From NCBI GenBank assembly GCA_037128175.1, contig JBAXWY010000059.1, forward strand, positions 1 to 13,243: 13,243 bases of DNA, given 5' to 3'. Below the pieces are notes generated by a model. That model did no database searches and was not told the origin of the DNA. It saw only the letters and a program-made list of their open reading frames with translations. Of the stretch, positions 1 through 6,743 are shown piece by piece. Both the position numbers and the translations under genes were made by a program. Position 1 is the stretch's first letter. Each line of letters starts with the position of its first letter. Source of the DNA: Methanothrix sp. Its GTDB lineage: Archaea > Halobacteriota > Methanosarcinia > Methanotrichales > Methanotrichaceae.

Positions 1-30
1 CATCGGCCTTCAACTCTAATAGATGATGGG

Positions 31-38
31 TATTTAAA
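31..38 (-). promoter_or_regulatory. Possible TATA box (TTTAAATA) for a minus-strand gene starting at ATG 3..1 and running off the window
   Basis: The minus strand reads GCTTTAAATA about 28 nt upstream of an ATG at 3-1, a typical short-leader archaeal spacing. The gene itself is not visible. Confidence 0.35.
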
Positions 39-49
39 GCTAGCGCACC

Positions 50-56
50 AAAAAAA
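50..56 (-). terminator. Oligo-T archaeal terminator-like tract
   Basis: T7 run on the minus strand about 12 nt after the TGA of the 69..2129 gene, inside a pyrimidine tract (TTCCCCTCTTTTTTT). Confidence 0.5.
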
Positions 57-68
57 GAGGGGAATCAA

Positions 69-2129
69 TCAACTTCGCCGGATAATTATTATGGTTACGT
101 CTGAAGAAGCAAGCCTTGCCTGGGAATAATCCAGAAGATCCTTCTCCACTGCCCTCATTATCTCCGAAGAGGGGAGATATCTATTGTTTATGACCAGATT
201 TATCAGCCGCTCTATGCCGAATTGCTTCTTAAAGCCGTTCTCCAGCTCAACGACACCATTGGAATACATGACCATGACATCGCCCGACTGGATAGGTATA
301 AGCGTCTTTTCAAGCTCCATTCTATCCAGCATACCAAGAGCAATTCCCCCACCACCCAATGTATCCACTATTCCTCCTGGATCGACAATGAAGGGAGGAT
401 TAAAGCCGGCATTTACATACTCTAAAGTGTGATTTACGGGATCTAAGAGAGCATAAAAGCATGCCAGATTCGTTCCGTGACCATGCTGATTTATCTGCAT
501 ATTCAGGTCACTAATGGCCTTTGCCGGATCCAATTTATCAGGCGAGGCACGAATGAGCGTTCGCGACATGATGGCAAGCATGGCCGCCTGGACACCATCT
601 CCGCCTACACCCGCCATGGCGAAGGCAATTTTATCTTCTGCTCTGGTAATATCATAGAGATCAAAACTATTCTCCTCAGAAGGCCAGTAAAGCGTTTGGA
701 TCTCATATCCATCTTCCTGGGGCACATTTGCCGGAACTAGATTACGCTTTACCCCCTCCAAAAAGGCCATCTCCTTGCCAGAGCCGCCCAGTAAAACCGC
801 ATCTTCCTCCAGCCTTGCCACGTATCCCTTGAGACCCTGCGCCATTTTATTGAAGGAGACCGCTAAAACCGCCAGCTCGCCGGATGTCTTCGCCTCGACG
901 TCAAACTCGCCGCGCGAAATTTTCTCAGCTAAGCCGACAAGAGAGGCAATCTGGCCATCGATTCTTCTGCAGAGCCACCATGCCGCCCCCAGCACGGAAA
1001 AAACGGTGAGTACGAAGATGATCAGCGCATAATCCCGAACTTTTCGCGAGGCATCACTCAAGCCGACCGTTGTGCTCCTGGCAACATCCTTGATGCCGGA
1101 ATCTATGTACCGCGCCGGCAGGCTCATCTCTTCGGCAGGATAGGCAATGCAGAAGATCCAGCCAAGTGTATCTATGCGCGAGAAAGCCACATATCCGTCC
1201 TCATTTCCCAGTCCCACCACATTGGAACCGAAGCTTTCTCTTAACATGCCTTTGCCCAGCGCCCTGACCTCAGGGTTAGTGGATTCAAAGAGATTATCCG
1301 CTACGAAGAGGTCTTTCAGATTATTTTCCGGCTTATTTTTAGGCCGGTGTATTATCAGGCCGGACGAATCCATAATAAAGGGATATCCTCTTCCCTTCAA
1401 GGATGACAGGTCGCTGTAAATCGAAGATAAAGATACATCCATTCCCGCGATGCCTGCAAACTCATCGCCCCGAAAGAAAGGAGTGGTAACGGTAATTGCA
1501 TAATCTCCCTTACCATCCAAATAGGGCCCGGTCCAGACGGTTTTCTTCTTTTGCTTGGCCAGAGTATAATACGGCATATCCTTGTAACTGAAGGGCGCCG
1601 TGTTACTGAGAGTCTTATCGTTGTAAGGCCAAACTGCCAGCACTCCATCCTCGGTTCCGATATATGATAGGTACAATGATGATTTGACCTTGTGAAGTGC
1701 TTGCATAACCCTGGCAGGAGCACAAAGGGATCTTACGGTAGCATCTCTTATCTCAGAAGTTGTCTGGTTAGAACCGATTGGTGCAACCCATATTCCAGGA
1801 GGGGTACAGCTCTCGTTTGCAGAACCCTCGGCCACATAGCCCGCGACAAGTTCGTTCTCAGAAGCAATACGCTCGAAGAACTCGTCATACTGGCGGGCCT
1901 TCGCGATAGCGAGCTGCACCTGATCGGCATCGCCTTGACCGACCGCAAGAGCAGAGCGGTTCAAGGATGTGCTGAGGCTGGTGATATTGCTTTGGACGTC
2001 AATTGATGCCTGGTTCATCTCCACTAAAGATATGATCCCTAGAATTACCATAGGTAGCAGAGCAAAAGCTACCAGAACCACCAGGAGCTTACCCATTAAT
2101 CCATCGATGCCAGCCATTTTCCATTCCAT
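69..2129 (-). CDS. Membrane sensor, TM-dCache-TM-HAMP-SpoIIE (PP2C-like) domain, probably catalytically degenerate
   Basis: 686-aa ORF. N-terminal TM (LLVVLVAFALLPMVILGIISLV), Cache motifs (PYY..AK...VWTGPYLD, AGIAGMDVSL), second TM, HAMP (AEKISRGEFD..ELAVLAVSFNKM) and SpoIIE-like C-terminus (LEYVNAGFNPP, GIALGM, QFGIERL). The start may be ATG 2117. Confidence 0.9.
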   Translation of the reverse strand: MEWKMAGIDGLMGKLLVVLVAFALLPMVILGIISLVEMNQASIDVQSNITSLSTSLNRSALAVGQGDADQVQLAIAKARQYDEFFERIASENELVAGYVAEGSANESCTPPGIWVAPIGSNQTTSEIRDATVRSLCAPARVMQALHKVKSSLYLSYIGTEDGVLAVWPYNDKTLSNTAPFSYKDMPYYTLAKQKKKTVWTGPYLDGKGDYAITVTTPFFRGDEFAGIAGMDVSLSSIYSDLSSLKGRGYPFIMDSSGLIIHRPKNKPENNLKDLFVADNLFESTNPEVRALGKGMLRESFGSNVVGLGNEDGYVAFSRIDTLGWIFCIAYPAEEMSLPARYIDSGIKDVARSTTVGLSDASRKVRDYALIIFVLTVFSVLGAAWWLCRRIDGQIASLVGLAEKISRGEFDVEAKTSGELAVLAVSFNKMAQGLKGYVARLEEDAVLLGGSGKEMAFLEGVKRNLVPANVPQEDGYEIQTLYWPSEENSFDLYDITRAEDKIAFAMAGVGGDGVQAAMLAIMSRTLIRASPDKLDPAKAISDLNMQINQHGHGTNLACFYALLDPVNHTLEYVNAGFNPPFIVDPGGIVDTLGGGGIALGMLDRMELEKTLIPIQSGDVMVMYSNGVVELENGFKKQFGIERLINLVINNRYLPSSEIMRAVEKDLLDYSQARLASSDVTIIIIRRS

Positions 2130-2141
2130 TGACCTGGGTGG

Positions 2142-2200
2142 TATAAACTCTTTTCAGCATTCATTGCAAAAACTATTTATTGGTACTATCCGAATAAATA
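2142..2200. promoter_or_regulatory. Divergent promoter region with TATA-like boxes on both strands
   Basis: Plus: AAAAAC-TATTTATT at 2174-2181, about 22 nt before GTG 2203. Minus: TTTATA at 2147-2142, about 25 nt before ATG 2117. TATTTATT (2174-2181) and AATAAATA (2193-2200) form an inverted pair. Confidence 0.45.
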
Positions 2201-2202
2201 TT

Positions 2203-3036
2203 GTGAAAGGGCCCTATGAATTTCTCCAGCCCCTGAAGAGGCTGACAAAGGTATACCACCGCTTTGAAAGGACCTTGTGGGCAATGAATATCGCAATACT
2301 GTCCATCGCCGTTTACGCCCTGGCAGAGATTATCGGCCTTCCCGGCTTTATGAGCTTCTATTATCAGGACGTCCCACTCCTCGCGGCATCACCCGCCGTT
2401 CTCTCCATAATCATTGGCCTGGCCGGGGCCACGCTTATCAAGAGACGGAAAAAGGCAGATATCTTTCCGCTCTTGGGGCCAGAGCTTTCCGAGAAAGCCC
2501 GCACCGCTTACGACAATCGCGACGTTGACTCTCTGCCCATGCAAAACCTGGCCAATGAGATCAAAGTAAGCCTGAATAAAATCAAGCCCTCTGAAATACT
2601 CAATTCACGGCAGATAAGCAAGAGAGCATTTGCCATAGTACTCATATCAGGTGCAGCCATTCTCTTAGCCCAGAGCGAAATTGTCACTCCATCGGATTTC
2701 CAGTCTCTCGCTGATCTGAGGGACAAAGCCCTTTCCGCTTTTGAGAATGTTAGGCCGGCAGAAAGCACAAATCAGGAAATAAACCTCACCGGCAACCTCT
2801 TCGGCAATCCCTCTCTCGCCGTCTTAAATGAGAACAAGATGGAAATTATGCTTTATCCGGGAATAGGAGCCGGATCTCTGGCCAGAAATACAAAGCCCGT
2901 GGAGCGTGTCTTCCAGCAATCCCAGGCAGGAGAAGCAGCCGCAGTTCCCTCTGAGCTCTATATCGAGAGCCTTCCTCCCGAAAACAAGGATATAATCAAG
3001 AAATACTTCACGATTCTTTCCCAATTACCTCTTTGA
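2203..3036 (+). CDS. Hypothetical membrane protein (about 3 TM helices, soluble C-terminal region)
   Basis: Part of ORF 1969..3036. The upstream portion overlaps the divergent gene, so in-frame GTG 2203 (VKGPYEFLQPL) is the likely start. Hydrophobic segments: MNIAILSIAVYALAEIIGL, AVLSIIIGLAGATLI, AFAIVLISGAAILLA. C-terminal LPPENKDIIKKYF helix. Confidence 0.75.
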   Translation: MKGPYEFLQPLKRLTKVYHRFERTLWAMNIAILSIAVYALAEIIGLPGFMSFYYQDVPLLAASPAVLSIIIGLAGATLIKRRKKADIFPLLGPELSEKARTAYDNRDVDSLPMQNLANEIKVSLNKIKPSEILNSRQISKRAFAIVLISGAAILLAQSEIVTPSDFQSLADLRDKALSAFENVRPAESTNQEINLTGNLFGNPSLAVLNENKMEIMLYPGIGAGSLARNTKPVERVFQQSQAGEAAAVPSELYIESLPPENKDIIKKYFTILSQLPL

Positions 3037-3729
3037 TCCTGCCTTTGCAAGACCTATTATCTCCGCCAAGAGAGCTTTTCCCTCTTGCGAGGAGAAGAGC
3101 GGAATCTCCCAATCCACAGCCATCCGCCCATTTTTGCGGTAGACCATTACGCCTCGCCTCTCCCAGACAGGGGTCTTGGTCAGATTAATGCCCCTCTGGA
3201 ATACCAGCTCGTGAATCTCTGACTCCTTTAACCCTAGTAACTTCTCCATGGCCTGCGTCCCATTGAGCCCATCCTCTCGCAACATGTAAAAGCCATAGGA
3301 AAAGATATGATTTCTCCAGGTTTCATCCTGCCGCTCCGCGAGGTAGCTGCATATCTCCGCCTGGCAAAGAGGGATCGTCCGGCAGTCCATGGAAACGGGC
3401 CTATGAAGGCCCAGGGAAAGGGCTGCAGAGAGAAAGCCCGCGACCAAAGAATCAATCTTTTCCACCCTTCCGGCAAAGGGCGCATCAAGAAAGACAAGGC
3501 TGATCTCATCCGAGAATGTAAAGGCCAAAACGGGCACGGGCCCAAAATCCAAAAAGAAGCGCTCCACAGCGCCTGCCATCGACCGGGCAAAATCGATGTC
3601 ATAGGGCTTCTTGCTGTCCTCTAGTACCTTTTTGAAGCCCCTTCCGTCCGCCCTCACTACCAGGGGCGCGCGGGCACATAGACCGGAATAAATCTCCCAG
3701 CTAGTCGACTTTGCGCTGATCCTTTGCAT
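3025..3729 (-). CDS. thg1: tRNA(His) guanylyltransferase Thg1-like protein (3'-5' polymerase)
   Basis: Motifs VVRADGRGF, FSDEISLVF, FAGRVEKIDS, DCRTIPL, RQDETWRNH and GINL...PVWERRG. The catalytic carboxylates (DG, DE) are intact. Confidence 0.93.
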   Translation of the reverse strand: MQRISAKSTSWEIYSGLCARAPLVVRADGRGFKKVLEDSKKPYDIDFARSMAGAVERFFLDFGPVPVLAFTFSDEISLVFLDAPFAGRVEKIDSLVAGFLSAALSLGLHRPVSMDCRTIPLCQAEICSYLAERQDETWRNHIFSYGFYMLREDGLNGTQAMEKLLGLKESEIHELVFQRGINLTKTPVWERRGVMVYRKNGRMAVDWEIPLFSSQEGKALLAEIIGLAKAGSKR

Positions 3730-3961
3730 TTCGAGTCAGGTGCCGGATGATGATGATATCGCCCACTGCAGTAACCCAGCGATAGGGTATTACGATCCCC
3801 TTGCCCTTCTGATCAAACAGCTCCCGGTTCACGTCCCCCAGGGCCAGCCCGCTCACCACGCCGTTCTCAGGGTCAAGGACGGCATCTTCCACCCTGCCCA
3901 CAAAGATGCCATTTTGAGTATAGACATCCTGGTCCAGGAGCGATGTGATCTCTACATTCAT
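3701..3961 (-). CDS. Standalone PRC-barrel protein, CdpB1-like archaeal cell-division protein
   Basis: 86 aa. EITSLLDQDVYTQNGIFVGRVEDAVLD...GIVIPYRWVTAVGDIIII is a textbook PRC-barrel and resembles haloarchaeal CdpB1 as I recall it. Confidence 0.88.
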   Translation of the reverse strand: MNVEITSLLDQDVYTQNGIFVGRVEDAVLDPENGVVSGLALGDVNRELFDQKGKGIVIPYRWVTAVGDIIIIRHLTRNAKDQRKVD

Positions 3962-4035
3962 CTAGAATCCCATAATAAAATTCGTGTATTAGATATTAAC
4001 TTTGCGATGGACTCCACAATAGGCTCGCGGGCTGC

Positions 4036-4050
4036 AAAAGCATTATATTT
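4036..4050 (+). promoter_or_regulatory. BRE/TATA-like promoter for the flavoprotein-MFS operon
   Basis: AAAAGCA followed by TTATATTT (4043-4050), about 38 nt upstream of ATG 4088. Confidence 0.45.
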
Positions 4051-4087
4051 CGCTCCAGCAAATCCGTGTCAAGGGGTGAAAGGAAAG

Positions 4088-4675
4088 ATGTTGGTGGTTG
4101 GGATCAGCGGCAGTCCCAGAAAGGCTGGCAATACCGAGTTTCTGCTTAATGAAGCCCTGGCTGTGGCCAAAGAGAGGGGCTTTGAGACGGAGAGGCTGCT
4201 CATTTCCGAGATGAAGGTAGATTTTTGCAATGACTGCGGCGATTGCAGCAAAGGAAAATCCTGTCCCAAAGAGGACGATATGGAGAGAATCATAACCACG
4301 CTCCAGAAGGCAGACGGCATCATCGTGGCCTCGCCGGTCTATTTCGGAAGCGTAACTGCTCAGCTAAAGGCCGTCTTCGACAGAACCATTCCCCTACGCC
4401 GACAGGGCTCGCATCTCAAGGATAAAGTCGGCTGCGCCATCAGCGTTGGGGGAGCAAGAAACGGCGGCCAAGAGAAGGCGCTGGAGACGGTGCACGCCTG
4501 GATGCACATCCACGGCATGATCGTAGTAGGGGACGACGCCCACTTCGGAGGCATTGCCGTGCGGCCTGCTGCGGAAGACCGCATCGGCAGGAAGACGGTT
4601 GTCGCGAGCGCCAATAAGCTGTGCGATCTCCTGGAAAGGCTGGAAAAGAAAACGAACTGCTGGGGCGGAGATTGA
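4088..4675 (+). CDS. Iron-sulfur flavoprotein (Isf-like; flavodoxin / NADPH-dependent FMN reductase family)
   Basis: MLVVGISGSPRKAGNT FMN-phosphate loop, CNDCGDCSKGKSC (CX2CX2CX5C [4Fe-4S] motif), ADGIIVASPVYFGSV and GGARNGGQE. The likely start is ATG 4088 within ORF 3740..4675. Confidence 0.92.
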   Translation: MLVVGISGSPRKAGNTEFLLNEALAVAKERGFETERLLISEMKVDFCNDCGDCSKGKSCPKEDDMERIITTLQKADGIIVASPVYFGSVTAQLKAVFDRTIPLRRQGSHLKDKVGCAISVGGARNGGQEKALETVHAWMHIHGMIVVGDDAHFGGIAVRPAAEDRIGRKTVVASANKLCDLLERLEKKTNCWGGD

Positions 4676-5880
4676 GACAAAAGTATCTGGGGGAAAAGGG
4701 CCTTATTGGACTCATAGCATTTCTCAGCGCGTTCGTTCCGTTATCTACCGACCTTTATCTTCCGGCACTACCCGGCATGGCTAAGTTTTTCGGCGTAACA
4801 ACAGACCTGGCCAATCTCACTTTAATCCTGTTTTTTGTATTTTTCGCAGCAGGAACTCTCTTCTGGGGGCCACAAAGCGACAAATATGGACGTAGACCAG
4901 TACTGCTCATTGCTCTGTCCATCTATTCTCTGGCCGGCTTTTTATGCGCAGGTTCCGTGGATATATACCAACTAATATTATGCCGAATCCTGCAAGCCCT
5001 GGGTGGCAGCGGGGCTTTTGCCGTAGCCACCGCCATAATCAAAGATGTCTATGACAGCAAAAACCGGGAGACAATTTTAGCTCTGGTCCAGTCAATGGTG
5101 CTCATATCTCCCATGGCAGCCCCGGTTCTGGGCGCACTCCTACTTCGCATCACTTCCTGGAGGGGAGTGTTCCTGATTTTAGGTGGCATAGGCCTCTTGG
5201 CGCTGGCGGGAAGCATAGCTTTGCAGGAGACAATAGATAAACGCTATACTGGATCAATGCGACAGGCCTGGGGAAGGCTTGGAGCAGTGGCGAAAAATCC
5301 TGGCTTTACCAGCTTGCTCCTGATCTTTTCGTTGCTCAGCGTGTCCAGCATGGCGTTTATTGCTGCATCTTCATATATTTATATAAATAGCTTCGGCCTG
5401 AGCGAGCAGACCTACAGCTACTATTTCGCCTTCAATGCCCTGGGAATGATCACTGGACCCATCCTTTATCTGCGGCTGTCCAGGCGTTTTTCGCGCCGAT
5501 CGATCATCATGGTCTGTTTTGCCGTTATCTCAGCCAGCGGACTTCTCATTACCCTCCTGGGCGGTATCAAGCCCATAGTATTTGCCCTGGTGCTGCTGCC
5601 TGCCACGCTCATGGCCAGCTGTGTGCGCACTCCCGGCGCTAATCTGATGCTGGAGCAGCAGGAAGAGGATGCAGGCTCAGCCTCCGCCCTGATGAGCTGC
5701 TTTGGCATCTTCATGGGCAGCGTTGGCATGACCATCATCTCGCTGCCCTGGAGCAATACCATCCTGATCTTAGGCGCGATGAACATCCTCACCGGGATTT
5801 CATGCCTGGCCTTATGGCTGCTCTTGTCCAATAAACCGTTTATAAAGCAGATTCCTGAAAGCCGGTTCAAAACAGGTTAA
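4672..5880 (+). CDS. MFS multidrug efflux transporter, Bcr/CflA (DHA1) family
   Basis: LSTDLYLPALP, GPQSDKYGRRPVLL (motif A), CRILQALGG and APVLGALL, with about 12 TMs. In-frame TTG 4672 overlaps the upstream TGA (TTGA). Confidence 0.92.
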   Translation: MRQKYLGEKGLIGLIAFLSAFVPLSTDLYLPALPGMAKFFGVTTDLANLTLILFFVFFAAGTLFWGPQSDKYGRRPVLLIALSIYSLAGFLCAGSVDIYQLILCRILQALGGSGAFAVATAIIKDVYDSKNRETILALVQSMVLISPMAAPVLGALLLRITSWRGVFLILGGIGLLALAGSIALQETIDKRYTGSMRQAWGRLGAVAKNPGFTSLLLIFSLLSVSSMAFIAASSYIYINSFGLSEQTYSYYFAFNALGMITGPILYLRLSRRFSRRSIIMVCFAVISASGLLITLLGGIKPIVFALVLLPATLMASCVRTPGANLMLEQQEEDAGSASALMSCFGIFMGSVGMTIISLPWSNTILILGAMNILTGISCLALWLLLSNKPFIKQIPESRFKTG

Positions 5881-5885
5881 CTTCA

Positions 5886-5910
5886 TTGCAGAGTTTCGAC
5901 TCTTCAGCAA
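5886..5910 (+). terminator. UUCG-capped hairpin just after the MFS stop (3'-end structure)
   Basis: TTGC-AGAGT-TTCG-ACTCT-TCA-GCAA. No long T tract follows. Confidence 0.3.
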
Positions 5911-5983
5911 GTAGCTCGTGACTGGCGCGAGCGCGCGCGGGCTAGCGGGACAGAGAACCGGAGAAATTCCCGTGTCTGGGTCC

Positions 5984-6042
5984 AAGGCCTGATGGCGCGA
6001 TGAGAGCACGGGGGTCTCGCGGCTTCCTGGCAGCTGCATCGC
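5984..6042 (+). repeat. GC-rich structured repeat, copy A (inverted partner of 6661-6743)
   Basis: 6011-6031 matches the reverse complement of 6692-6712 at 19/21, including a perfect 13-mer GCGGCTTCCTGGC. 5984-6002 matches the reverse complement of 6725-6743 at 15/19. Confidence 0.6.
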
Positions 6043-6110
6043 ATTAAAGGTAGCTAAGTCGATGGTGGATATTCATAAAGTCCCCGAAAAAAGGCAATTT
6101 CAAATCAAAC

Positions 6111-6344
6111 TGCGTGTGGCCACCCCACCCTAAAGGGATGGGATATGCTTCGGGCCGCACGCACGCCCGGTTAGCTGGAGATCAGAAATCATCGAGTCTT
6201 CTTTGCCTGGTTTCCCTGATCTGTGCAATTGAAACTCTGCTTTCGATTTCCAGCTTATCGGTTTAAGTGAGCACAAATAACGCGAGGGTTCACTTCATCC
6301 CCAACCTGAAGGTCGGGGTATTCGTGACCCTCCGCGCTCCCGAT
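6111..6344 (-). mobile_element. Non-autonomous IS200/IS605-family miniature (internally deleted derivative, PATE/MITE-like)
   Basis: Subterminal hairpins typical of IS200/IS605 ends: CCCCAACC-TGAA-GGTCGGGG (6299-6318) and CCCACCC-TAAA-GGGATGGG (6124-6142), each nested in an outer stem. No TIRs or target duplication. On the minus strand it begins right after TTAC (6348-6345), where the TPR gene is cut. No transposase ORF. Confidence 0.75.
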
Positions 6345-6348
6345 GTAA

Positions 6349-6472
6349 GATCGTAAGCGCCACGGTGGTAAAAGTCAGTGCCTTTATTGAACCAATCTTC
6401 TGCGGTCTGCGAACATTGCACTAATGGCATTAATGCAAGCAGAAGAACAAAAACGACATTGATCAATCTCAT
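6349..6472 (-). pseudogene. 5' fragment of a secreted TPR-repeat protein, truncated at the IS200/IS605 miniature
   Basis: Signal peptide MRLINVVFVLLLALMPLVQC, then TAEDWFNKGTDFYHRGAYD (first TPR helix, W..KG..Y..G.Y). The reading frame then runs into element sequence, and I see no TPR continuation beyond the element. Confidence 0.8.
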
Positions 6473-6529
6473 AAGATCTAATAAGTGTTGAGCAAAGATA
6501 TGTTTTTGGCCTATATCATCCTACTTCCA

Positions 6530-6559
6530 AATTTCTGATTAAATCTAAAATCAGAAATT
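6530..6559. promoter_or_regulatory. Perfect 11-bp inverted repeat, possible operator upstream of the TPR gene
   Basis: AATTTCTGATT-(AAATCTAA)-AATCAGAAATT, about 58 nt upstream of ATG 6472. Confidence 0.45.
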
Positions 6560-6660
6560 ATGATAGATGGTTTCAACGTGCGAGAATCTCATCCCCCGCA
6601 CTCGACCTCGTAACCATGGGCAGCAGTCCCGCAAGAGCGCGACACCCGGCGGCGGGAGAC

Positions 6661-6743
6661 CGATGCCGCCAGCAATCCTGAGAGGGCGCGGGCCAGGAAG
6701 CCGCAAGATCCCGAAGGGCTTTTGCATCGCACCGCCCGGCCTT
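6661..6743 (-). repeat. GC-rich structured repeat, copy B, at the dinB breakpoint
   Basis: Same two identity blocks as copy A. Closing stem CGATGC (6661-6666)/GCATCG (6724-6729), with a CC-UUCG-GG hairpin on the minus strand. Confidence 0.6.

Noticed and set aside
1969-2202. N-terminal extension of the 355-aa ORF
   Set aside because: It overlaps the divergent receptor gene and its promoter. GTG 2203 is more plausible.
3025-3729. Pyrrolysine amber read-through, as in some Methanosarcina Thg1 genes
   Set aside because: The ORF is continuous with no internal TAG.
3740-4087. N-terminal extension of the flavoprotein ORF
   Set aside because: It is antisense to the PRC-barrel gene, and family similarity begins at ATG 4088.
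5893-5923. Hammerhead ribozyme-like core on the minus strand (GUC...CUGAAGA-GUC-GAAAC)
   Set aside because: Stem II would be only GUC, stem III pairs for just 3 bp, and there is an extra nucleotide after the cleavage triplet. It is better explained as the complement of the plus-strand UUCG hairpin.
6589-6732. Group II intron inserted in dinB (GTGCG at the breakpoint on the minus strand)
   Set aside because: No domain V/VI, no RT ORF, and no downstream dinB exon is visible.
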